NCBI RefSeq assembly: GCF_018977255.1
Contig: NW_024704755.1
Span: 15,686,001-15,750,000 of the forward strand
Source of the DNA: Callorhinchus milii
Lineage: Eukaryota
Length of the DNA stretch: 64,000 nt
Direction: 5' to 3'
Below the pieces are notes generated by a model. The model did no database searches and was not told the DNA's origin. It saw only the letters and a program-made list of their open reading frames with translations. The position numbers and the translations under genes were made by a program. The first letter of the stretch is position 1. The number at the start of each line of letters is the position of its first letter. This document shows, piece after piece, positions 12,101 to 22,700 of this stretch.

Positions 12101-12863
12101 GCCAGAAATCCTACTGTTAATCTTAACTGAATTTTCACATGATTATTGCAATTTATCGTAAAGCTCTTGATATTGTATTGTATTACCCAATAGCCTACAG
12201 ACTTCAGATATTGCCAAATATATAGTTCGCCTTCCTTAAAAATGTACCGTACTTAACTTACCAGCAATCTTGTTGTCATCTACTGTGAATTTCAAAATGT
12301 TTGTCAGAATTAATAAAGATGTCATATCTAAATTTTTCTTAAAAAACTTCTACTGGAAGATATTTGAAAGTTATATATTGATTTACAAGTTATTTGCCTC
12401 AAACAATTTAAAATCTCACTAAATATAAAAAATCATCTGAGTTGCGCTCAGGCTGTCACAGTACCATAATAATCACCATCTCATTGTTTTAATAGTGACG
12501 GTATTTTCTACAAAAAAAAACCATTCAGTGGATTCTCCTTACATGAAATTGCAGGACATTGTATTTTTAATCTATAACTGTCTCAAAGATTTTTTAAGTT
12601 TCACGATTTGAAGCTTATAATAGAGCCTTTCATGTCATTCCTTAGAGTAGTCTAAACACTGCATTTCATTTCAAATTCACCATCAATAATGTACAGTCTT
12701 GTGAACCTGTTGTTACTTTGCAGGTTTAGGTGTCAACATCTACGGAATTTCCCGTTTTCCATTGAGCGTGTTGGTAATGATTCTTTTAGTGGTTATCATT
12801 GTGGACCATTTCAGAATCACCCTCTGTAAAGGTAAGACTTTCATTCACGTCACTCTTATGTAA
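9142..12863 (+). CDS. Gene B: V(J)-C1-TM SIRP-like receptor, activating type (TM Arg, no Tyr in tail), ~277 aa
   Basis: Exons 9142-9193, 9425-9745, 11773-12093, 12724-12863 (TM exon read through its donor at 12832). All splice sites GT-AG, phase 1, total 834 nt in frame. TM IYGISRFPLSVLVMILLVVIIV. The 3' end is inferred. Confidence 0.8.
9425..9745 (+). CDS. Gene B V-set exon with J-like G strand
   Basis: 321 nt. VTQLPK..ITFYC..KVYWWK..QDSGVYHC..KNGTGSNLTVC, flanked by tgatag and gtaagt. Confidence 0.92.
10266..10566 (-). mobile_element. SINE in the gene B V-C1 intron
   Basis: Head ..gagctacaggattccac, Deu-type core, tail ataataatccttgcattt. Confidence 0.85.
11470..11670 (-). mobile_element. 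5'-truncated SINE with 7-bp TSD (agatcaa); absent from the paralogous site in gene D
   Basis: agatcaa at 11463-11469 and 11671-11677. The D empty site reads tcagatcaagttgtc. Confidence 0.9.
11773..12093 (+). CDS. Gene B C1-set exon
   Basis: 321 nt. LTLVCQTAEYYPKNLILTW..YTCKVSHISL (C1 motifs FYP-like, W, CxVxH). Confidence 0.9.
12724..12863 (+). CDS. Gene B transmembrane exon (Arg) with short read-through tail
   Basis: Acceptor tactttgcag. GLGVNIYGISRFPLSVLVMILLVVIIVDHFRITLCK, then GKTFIHVTLM* if the donor at 12832 is not used. Confidence 0.75.
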
Positions 12864-13779
12864 TTGCCACCATTTAGTTTTTAATTTATTTTGTTTCTTT
12901 AATATCAAGAGATGTTACATATATTTACCATTACGTTTTACATTTCCAAATTTTATTACATCTGTTATGTTCAATTGGCAATTAATTTTCTGATTTAAAA
13001 TAGTACTTTGGAAACTTAAATATATTAAGATACAACCTAATTTTGATTCATGATGACATATGGTCAGTGAAGACAATCATGTGATTGAAAGATTTGCAAT
13101 ATTCACAATCCGTTGCGTCTTTATAGATGTTAGAAGAGAGAAATGAAGAGAGACCGAGTTCCACTGGTGCAAATTGACCGACTGCAGTTAAAATAGATCT
13201 GAGGTAGAAGCACAGTATATCTCCAAGTAGAGCCGACAAACAAAACGGATGATTAGTATGTATGAAACCAGGTCTTAAAATGTTCCTGTTTATCTCTAAA
13301 CATGAAATGCTTTCTATATGGATAGAAAAATATATACCCTCGAGATAACGTGTACATGTAAATGACACAGCTGTGCTACCTCACTGTTGCTATTTTTTAC
13401 AAACGTTCATTAAATGGAGTAATAAACACGAACATTGCTTTGTAAAAAATGATGTCATTTTCAGAAATTAAAACTAAATTGCATCAAATCTTTGTGCTTT
13501 GTGTTTCCATATGACTTCTGTGTAATCTAACAAGGAAAACAAATTACAATATATAAATTATCTGCTCACACACATCTGATTTTATTGATTTTATACAAGG
13601 TTCAGTACTATAAGATTCAGCTGCATAGAACTGAGTAGAACAGATCTCCCACAAAATTAACCTTGGTTATTGTAAACACCAAAGAAGGATCCTGCTGTTT
13701 GCACTGATAGTATGTTCCACATTGATCTGCGCAAGAGACAATGTAGTTTAATACACTAACAGTAACAGGACAAACAGAG

Positions 13780-13930
13780 CAACTGGCTTCGCAAATCCCT
13801 CCAGCCAAAACCTATGTCCTGGGCCCTGAGAGATCGAAGGCAAACGTCAGTCATAACGTCATATTTCATTTCAAACAACCACAAACACTTATTACAGACC
13901 AGCAATGGGTTCAGGTTTAGTATCGGACCT
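13780..13930 (+). promoter_or_regulatory. Orphan family promoter/5'UTR with no downstream leader
   Basis: Aligns by eye to the gene E promoter (caactg.ctt.gcaaa, gtcagtcat.ac, aaacaac..., cagaccagca) and to the D 5'UTR (gggttcagg). Truncated by a SINE at ~13950. Confidence 0.55.
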
Positions 13931-13949
13931 TGATGAGGCTCTTGATGTG

Positions 13950-14430
13950 AGCCTGGCTGAGTGGTAGCACTCTCGCTCTGAGTCAGAAGGTTGTTGATTC
14001 AAGCCCCACTTCAGTACTTTAAATCACATAGTCTAAGCTGACACTCCAATGCAGTACTGGGGGTGTGTTGCATTGTCGGAGGAGAAGTCTTTGTAATCTA
14101 CGCATCTGATTTTTTTAATCTTATACAAGGTTCAGTACTATGAGATTCAGCTGTATAGAACTTGTCCCATCTGCCTGTTCAGGTGGACATTAAAGTTCCC
14201 TTGGCTCCAATTCAAAGAGAACTGAGTTCCTCGCAGTCTCCTGGTCAACAATCACCCAAATAAAATTGGTCACTCGCTCCATGGCTGTTTGTTGGACATT
14301 CCTGTGCGCAATCGGCTACCTTGTTTTATGCACAAAATTCAGTTACTCCACTTTACCATATATCCTGTGAAGCACTCGATGATATGCTAAACCGCTATGT
14401 CAAATGTGAGGATTATTATTATCATGAAGA
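13950..14430 (+). mobile_element. Older second SINE family (different tRNA-like head, Deu-type core)
   Basis: Head tggctgagtggtagcactctcgctctgagtcagaagg..ttcaagcccc. Related decayed copies at ~7715-8000, 14630-15060, 28680-29150 and 29770-29990. Confidence 0.65.
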
Positions 14431-15479
14431 TGATTATTATTATTCAGCGTTGTGGCTGAATATCTGTCAATAACGGATATTATTTCTTGACTTACACAAT
14501 ATCCCTGTTTGTTAAGAAATACAATAGATGAATTTGTTCCATTAGAATAACGTGAAATAAATTTCCATCATGGTCTGTATGTCTCATAATATTTTTCATT
14601 ATGTTGGTAGATTTTACTGTATATAAAATATGTGCAAAATATGGCTCAGTTGCCAGCACTGTGGAGTCAGAAAGTTGTGAAATCGAGCCCCGCATTAGAA
14701 ATGTTAAGTCATATAGTCTCGGTTCCAGACTAACATCCCATTTCAGTGCTTTGGGTAAATTGCAGTATTGGAGGTGCATTCTTTGGATGAGATGTTAAAT
14801 CGAAAAATCATCCGCCTGTTCTTGTGGATTTTAAACATCCCATGACACTATTCAAAAATGTAAGCGAATTTCTGTCGGTGGCCTGCCCAAATAAAAAATA
14901 TAATTAAAATCATGGTTGTTTGTCAGATATTGGAGTGTGCAAATTAGTTGTCCATCTTTTTCAAAATAGATAGTAACTGCATATTACAGTAAAACCTATG
15001 AAGTGTTTTGAGATGTCATCCTCATATGAAAGCCATTAGATTAAATGCAAATGCTATTTTGTTTAAATGCTACCTAAATTTGATTGATGAGAAAAAAATC
15101 AATTAACAGCTGCAGGATACGTCATAAGTAACATATTCACTTTAAGTAGACTTTATATTGAACAGCAAATTGTTTTTAATGTAGAAATTAATGATTATAG
15201 TCATGGTATTCATCACAAATACATTGTATTTCTTGCTCGTGTGAAAAAACAAATGATGAAAGTTGAGTAAGTTGCAGGACTATTGGAAATTTACTGACAC
15301 CACAAAACAAAAAGTTACAATTCTGAAGCAAATTACTCATTGTGTGACCAAATACAGCCGAGGAACAGAGAACGAATCATAAATCAGTCCTGTAAATAGT
15401 GGTGGGAGCAATGTTACTGTTGATCTCCAAACTTGTGTGCAATACTTCTTTCGTAAGAGGAGTAATTAGCAACGTTCAA

Positions 15480-16030
15480 ATATCCAAGGCCAGATTGGGG
15501 ATAGGATTCGGTTTAGGGTGCTGATTTTAATATTCCAGTTATGATTCCCATCACGGCATTAAACTGTGCATCCAGAGATTCGGTATGTGAGCTGCCCGCC
15601 CAAAATGATGCGCAATATTCAGCAGTAGAGTACACCAGGGCTAGATCGCTGTTCGAAATGTGTGCGCATCAGCACTCCATGTTGTGCCTGGGAGTTTTCG
15701 CACAAGACTCATCCTTGCTTGAATCTCTTTGCATGTCTTTTTCCAGATAACCTTTAAAAGTCAAGCTTCTGTCCACGTTTACACGGTTAGGCTCATTTAT
15801 GAACTGTTGGCCGAAAAGACGACATTAAATGGTTCCTTGGCAGCTTTGCTGTTCATGTGAAAGGCTGCTATCAAGGTTTTGGAGGTGTGGGCAGAGCTTC
15901 CAGTATTGAACGGATTCTGCCATTATCTTCAGGTCGGTAGGGAGGAGCTCGCCAATCATGGTAAGGTCTTAGCCTTTTGTGGCAAGGGTGAAGTCATCCA
16001 CATAAATTAATTTACCAGAATGATACCCTT
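15480..16030 (-). mobile_element. RTE-X-type LINE reverse-transcriptase fragment (decayed)
   Basis: Minus-strand translation gives IYVDD (15993-16007), VDRSLTFK, GTTW-ADA and LALVYSTAEYC, motifs I recall as typical of RTE-X RTs. Confidence 0.7.
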
Positions 16031-16326
16031 CAACGTGGGCTCCTGTTGGTTGCTAGTGATTAATAATAATTTGGTCACTCAATCCAAGACTGTTTGTGAG
16101 ACATTGCTGTGTGCAATTGGCTGCTGCATTTGTAATTCACTTTACAGTGCATTCTATGTACTTTGAGATGTCTCGAAGACGTGATAAGGCACTACATCAA
16201 ATGTGAGGATTATTATTATATGCTTACATAGTTTTACATTAACTGCACGGCAAATAAGAGGCCATTGGGCCTATCTAATCCGTGCCTGTGTTTACACTCC
16301 ACATATGTCCACACCCACTACTTACA

Positions 16327-17150
16327 ACAACAACAACAAGATTGCATTTATAAAGCGCCTTTCCCATCGGGAGGACGTCCCAAGGCGCTGGACAGTTGGG
16401 TCGGGACCCGAGCAGGGGGTAAATGGTCAGGGTGAGGGGAGGGGAGGGAGAGAGCGAGGAGGGGTTAGAGAGTCGAGAGGGGAGCTGAAGGCACGGTTGA
16501 AGAGAATGATCTTGAGACCGGCCTTGAAGAAGGAAAGGGAGGAAGCAAGGCGAAGGCACTGGGGGATGGAGTTCCAGAGCCTAGGGGCTGAGAGGCTGAA
16601 AGCCCGGCCACCGATGGTAGGGCGGTTAGGGCAGGAGATGTGGAGCAGACCGGAGCCAGAGGAACGGAGGGTACGGGCAGGTAAGTAGGGGGATAGTGGG
16701 TCAGAGAGGTAGGATGGAGCAAGGCCGTGAATGGCCTTGTAGGTGAGGATGAGGATCTTGAATTCGATCCTCTGGGGGATGGGGAGCCAGTGGAGGTGAG
16801 TGAGGGCGAGGGTGGGAGTGATGTGGTCCCGAAGCCTGGTGCGGGACAGTACACGAGCTGCAGAGTTTTGAATGAGCTGCAGCTTGTGGAGGGAGGTGCC
16901 GGGAAGGCCAGCGAGGAGAGAGTTCCCGTAGTCCAGCCTTGAGGTAATAAAGGCGTGGACCAGTGTTTCAGCCACGTAAGGGGTGAGGTAGTGCCGCAGT
17001 CTGGCGATGTTCCAGAGGTGGTGGAAGGTGGTGCCAGTTGTGGCGCGGATGTGGGGAAGAAAGGACAGCTCAGGGTCGAACAGAACACCGAGGTTCCTAA
17101 TTGGCTTTGAAAGGTGGAGAGTGCAGCCTTGGATGCTGATGCTGGATGCT
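16327..17150 (-). mobile_element. L2-clade LINE, 5'-truncated, RT C-terminus plus 3'UTR and (TTG)n tail
   Basis: ORF 16427-16975: AETLVHAFITSRLDYGNSLLAGLP..LHWLP..GGRAFS..PRLWNS. Confidence 0.92.
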
Positions 17151-17652
17151 GATACTTAGTCCCTCCCATAGCCTTCTTTTTCCTTGTCCCTCATATTCAT
17201 ATCCAGCTTTCCCTTAAATGAACAAGAACAACAGCAAGATTAACTTGCACTTATGTCTTGCCCTCCACGCAGGGTAGCATCAGAATGCTTAACAGTGGCA
17301 GAGCCTGAGGTAGTGGATTGGAGAGTGAGGACGACAGAGAGGTAGGGAGTTGCCAGTGAGTGAAGGGATTTTATATGTTCCAGTACAATATGTTAGAAGA
17401 AATTGAGTTTGTATTAATAAACTTCAAAAATCATGCACCTTTGGTCCTGTGTCCATGTCAGCCTTGCCTCCTCAGTCAACCTTATGTACAGCTCCCTTGC
17501 TCAACAACCTTGCTCCCATCACAACTCAAATCCATTTTTATCCCCAAAATTTGGAAAATTTGAAGAACATCTTCAAATACCATGAGAAGAATGAGAAGAA
17601 TGGTGTGGGGGGTCTGTAAAACAAAAGTACAATTACATCTTGTAATTGAGTC

Positions 17653-17974
17653 GTGGAGTCCTGTAGCTCAGTGGTTAGAGCACTCGCTTTGCAAGCAAGA
17701 GACCCGAGTTCAATTCCAGGCAGAGAGCGAAACCTTGGGCAAGTTTCCTTACTCCACACACCTAATAATAATCCCTCCAAAACCAAAAACAATAATAAAT
17801 TCGTCATTTTCAATCTACGACTGTTTGTGGGACATTGCTGTGCGCAATTGGCTGCCGCGTTCGCCCACAAATATGCAGTCAATTCACTTTACAGTGTCTT
17901 CTGTGAAGCGCTTTGGGACGTCCTCCCGACGTGAAAAGCGCTATATCAAATGCAAGGATTATTATTATTATTAT
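17653..17974 (+). mobile_element. Full-length young SINE
   Basis: Matches the consensus from gtggagtcctgtagc to the (TTA)n tail. Confidence 0.9.
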
Positions 17975-19636
17975 AAAAGTCTCCCTGATATGCCCTAATT
18001 TCCCTAATGTCCTAAGCCCATGCTGCTAAACTATGTGATTAAATCCAGTCTCCCAATCCATGCCAGATCTGGCTGGACTATACCAAAACCTACCACTGTG
18101 TCCTCAACTCAATAAAATTAATTTTCTACTCAAAGATATTCCAAGAGACCAAAGATAAATCCACACTCCTTTTCTCCCCCATTAATCAGCTCCTTTCACT
18201 TTCATATGCTGACTTCCCTTACAATATTTGAGGACATGATGGATATCTAAAATTGAGCAGATATGCGTAAGTGCCTCTGCTTCCATCTCTGCCACCTTCA
18301 CTCCTCCCCAATATGCCCCTCCATCCCCCTCAGCCCCACTCATTTCTCCTTCCTCACCTTTAACTCTGTTTTCCATCACTTGTCCTCTTTATCTCTCGCA
18401 TGAAACTGCCACTTCATTTTGACTCCAACTGCACATAATAATATTATAATAATAATAATCCTTGCTTTTGATATAGTGCCTTATCACATCTACGAGACAT
18501 CTCAAAGTGTGTCACAGAATATACTGTAAAATGAATTGACTGTATATTTTGTGGGCGAAACACATCCCTCCTCACACATTCGCCTTCCCGTATCCCTGCT
18601 CATCATTATAATCATCTCCACCTCTTTATTTTATACCGGCATAATAATAATAATTTAATAATAATAATCCTTACATTTGATATAGCGCCTTATCACATCT
18701 TCGCAAGGTCTCAAAGCACTTCACAGAATATACTGTCAAGTGAATTGACTGCATATTTTGTGTGTGAAATGGGAAAGGAAACTTGCCAGTGTTTCGCCCT
18801 GCCGGCAATCAAACCCAGGTCTTTCACTTGTGAGGCAAGTGCTCTAACCACTGAGCTACAATAATCTTTTCAGAAACACCATCATCAATCTGTTTCTCAG
18901 TAAACTCTTACTTAAGCTCTCCATGCTCTCCAGTTGCTAACCCAGCGCCAATTTGGCTTTCTTCTCTGAATGAATCATCACCTCCCATCTTCACTCCTTC
19001 CTCTCCCACCATTCCTTCATTGAGCTCCTCCAAACGTGATTCTATTCATATCGCATATGTATGCATAGTCACCACAGCCCCCAATGGATTCAATTCAAGA
19101 TTCTTGTTCTTGCATTCAAATCCTTGCAATCCACTGCAACCTTATACCCTAGTTTCTCTATCTCTCCGCCCATTCTGACCAATCATCTGTGTGTGAACTT
19201 TCAACCATTTTCTCCCAGCTTCTTGAAATCGACCCATAGTCTCCAAAATCCTTCAAATAAAATGGGTCACTCACTTCATGCCTGTTCATAGGACACAGCG
19301 TTACTGCGTGTGCATTGGCTGCCTGGTTCACCTACAACACAATCACTACCCTTCAACATAAATCCTATAAAGCGGTTTGAGGTACATTGAAATTGTTAAG
19401 AGAATAGACAATAATAATAATAATCCTTGCATTATAGATTTCCGACAAAGTTAACCCCAATGTTACAAAGAAACGTTACTGAGGCTTTAATGTACCATCA
19501 CTATTTGACAAGAGTCAACAATTTTAATTCAGTAAAGCTATAGGAAAATATATGTGAATTTCAGATCTGGTTAAGCTTTTATCTTTGCAGACAATATGAT
19601 AAGCGATTCAAGACACCTTTAAGTGGGGCATAGTCT

Positions 19637-19690
19637 CTGCAAATCATACCCAATCAAAACTTATCCATTGAGTCCAAGATAACAGGAAGT
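19637..19690 (+). promoter_or_regulatory. Gene C proximal promoter: octamer-like CTGCAAAT and ETS-type CAGGAAGT
   Basis: CTGCAAAT at 19637 (about -148 from ATG) and CAGGAAGT at 19683 (about -102). The same spacing occurs in D and E. Confidence 0.5.
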
Positions 19691-19784
19691 CAAAACCCAG
19701 TACCACCTATCTCATCTTAAGCAATCGCAAGCTCTCATTACAGACCAGTGATACATTTACAATTAGTCTCAGGCAGTGATCAGC

Positions 19785-22700
19785 ATGATGGCGAGTGTTA
19801 TTTTACAGACCCTGTCTTTCATAACGATAATTTTCAAAGGTTTGTGTTTAGAATTTTCTGAATATAAATGCAGTCATTTCAAGTGTTAATGAGTATTTTC
19901 CCTTCAGCCTCTTGCATTAGTAATGTAATCCTTACACTTTTAAGTCGTCGAGACATCTCAAAGCGCTTCACAGAAATTTTCTGCGAAGTGTAGTGCCTGT
20001 ATATTTGCCTCATGAAGAATGAGTTTATTGATGCAAAGTGAACTAACTATCTATTATGTACTGTGTGCCTTCCTTTGCTTTTGCTCTTTTTTATTGTTCC
20101 TTTCTCCCGCCTGTGAATCTTATGCATTGAGTGTTCAAATTTATTTCTGATAGTTATTGATGGTACTTTGATCGAAGTGGCACAACAACCCAAACACGGA
20201 ATTCCAAACATAGGTGCAAACATCACCTTCTATTGCATTTTTCCTGTCCGTCCAAACAACACACGCATAAAAGTGTACTGGTGGAAGCAGGGGGAGAGTG
20301 GATACCTGCAAACAAGAGCAGATAACAGGAAAATATTCGGTTTGGAAGATGGAGGGAACAGCTTCTTCCAGCTTTTGAATGTGAGTCCCCAGGACTCTGG
20401 TCTGTATTACTGTGCAGTAGCCCGTGAGGGAATAATAACAGGAAATGGATCTGGATCACATTTAACTGTATGCGGTAAGTGTGAATATTTGAAACATATT
20501 TAAACATTACACAAATAAATCAAACGAATGGCATGGAATGTTTTATTATTCTTATAAAATATTTAGGATACAATGAGTGGAGATTACAGTGGTGGAATAA
20601 ATTAAAGATGTAATGTAGTAAAATTCTTTAAAATAGTTATGCATCGCTGCCAATATTACTATGCTGTAGATGTTGAATGGTAATTTATTTATTCCGCACT
20701 AGTCGCTGTTATTCATGTTTAGCAGAATTTCTTGCAATGTAAGGACTTAGATCATGTTTTAAAAGTAAGTGATTTTTGACATTTAAGTAACTTTAATACT
20801 ATCTCCATAGATTCCTTAAATAAAATAACAGTCACAAACTCTTTATATGGCCTATTAAGAGTGGACAGAATGTATTTCCTACAGTGTTCTAGTTGTGATT
20901 GACTCTTGTGATTCCTTTGGCATTGATTCCCTTGGCATCGATTCCCTTGGTACGTCCTCCCGATGTGAAAGATGCTACACAAATATAATTTTATTGTTGA
21001 TATCCAGAATTTCAATCTGTAACTATAATACTGTCACTTTTCATTATTGATTTTGTTTCTCTTGGTCTCGAAGCAGAGAATAATTCATTTAGAATTGTAA
21101 AATCAATACAAATTACAGTCAGTCGCTTGAAAAGTGATTTTTTTCTTTCATGCTATCAGTGACAGTGATTAACAAATAATAATAATGATCCTTACATTTG
21201 TTATAACGCAGTTCACGTCCTCCCATCGTGAACTGCATTATATCAAATTTAAAAATCATTATTATTATTGCTATTATTATTGGGGTCCCCAAGTGCTTCA
21301 CAGTATACACTGTAAAGTAAATCGCTCAGATATATAACCCTCATATAACACTCATAGTCTCCGCTCCACCACAGGTGGCCTTTGGAATTCTCTCTCTCAA
21401 TCCCTCTGCCTTGCTCACTCATTCCCCCTTTCAGATCATGCCTGAAGACCTTTCTCTTCAATGGTGTTTACAGTCTTTCCCCCCATTCTTCACCCCCGGC
21501 TTAGTGTCAGCCTGCATTACTTTAGGCGCTTCAAGACCCCACCCCACGAGAAGGGCACTGCACAAATGTAAGTTGTTGTTGTACTGTAAATTGGAGTGAC
21601 TCTGTTTTGTGGACGAATATAAATCTGTTTTACGGATGAAGGGCGAGTAGCACCTTTAATTCTCCATTTATTTATTTCTATTGGAATTTCATCCATAACT
21701 GGTCTTTGCCATAAATCGATTGTGGCAGCAATAAATAGTAGCTTGTATTCAGCAATATAACTGAAAACTAAGTTATAAAGTAAACTAGAATCAAAGTTTT
21801 TTAAAGAAATGCATTGAATTCAAATCAGAATAAACTCCATTCGAAGCTAAGTTATGTGATTTTGTTCCATCATATTATTTACAGTTCCCCCAACACCACT
21901 GGAGATTTTCTCTGGCGATCCTGAAAGAGATCCATCTGTGTCTCTGACTCTTGTATGTAAAACGGCCGCATTTTACCCAGAGAATCTTCAGTTCAATTGG
22001 TATGAAAATGGCATCGAAATCACAAATGATATAATTACAAATGAACAACAGAATTCAGAGGGACTGTATGAAGCATCGAGCTCTGTGAAAATGAGACAGG
22101 ATATCAAAACCGGGACTGTTTATACCTGTGGGGTATTGCACCTCAGTCTCCGCACTGGAGGAACTGCCAACTACACAGTTGACCTTTCTGAAACAGGTGT
22201 GGTGCCAACTGTCAATTATAGTTAAGTACACCTTGACTTAGTATTTCAATTCATACCTCAAATTATAGTCATGAAAGTCACAAGCACTCCATGTTAAATA
22301 TATAAAAAAATTACTTTTAGTTGACAAGATTGGAACCGTGGGTATTGTGAGACACATTATTTTTATGCATGTAGAATAAACAATGAGATTCTAGCAACTG
22401 GTGACTATTTAAACAAGGTTACAAGATTGCAGGAGAAGTGCAGCTGAGGAAGACTCTTTTACGCATTTGATCGCATCCTTTCAAAACTGCTAACATATTA
22501 ACTTCCCAACATAACATTAAGCTGCTTTATATATCAATTAAAAGTAATGGGCTCAACCACCCTTTTGGTCACTTGTTCCAGTTCTTGATTTGAGAAACAA
22601 ATACTTTTTGGAAAAAGAAGGCAAAATATTGCAGATACTGGAAATCTGAAATAAAAACAGGAACACTCAACAGGTCAGGCAGCATCTATGGAGAGAGGAT

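Noticed and set aside
9051-12125. B/D similarity as an assembly duplication artefact
   Set aside because: The copies differ by indels, a TSD-flanked SINE, diverged intron blocks and wholly different TM and tail exons. Long reads should still confirm this.
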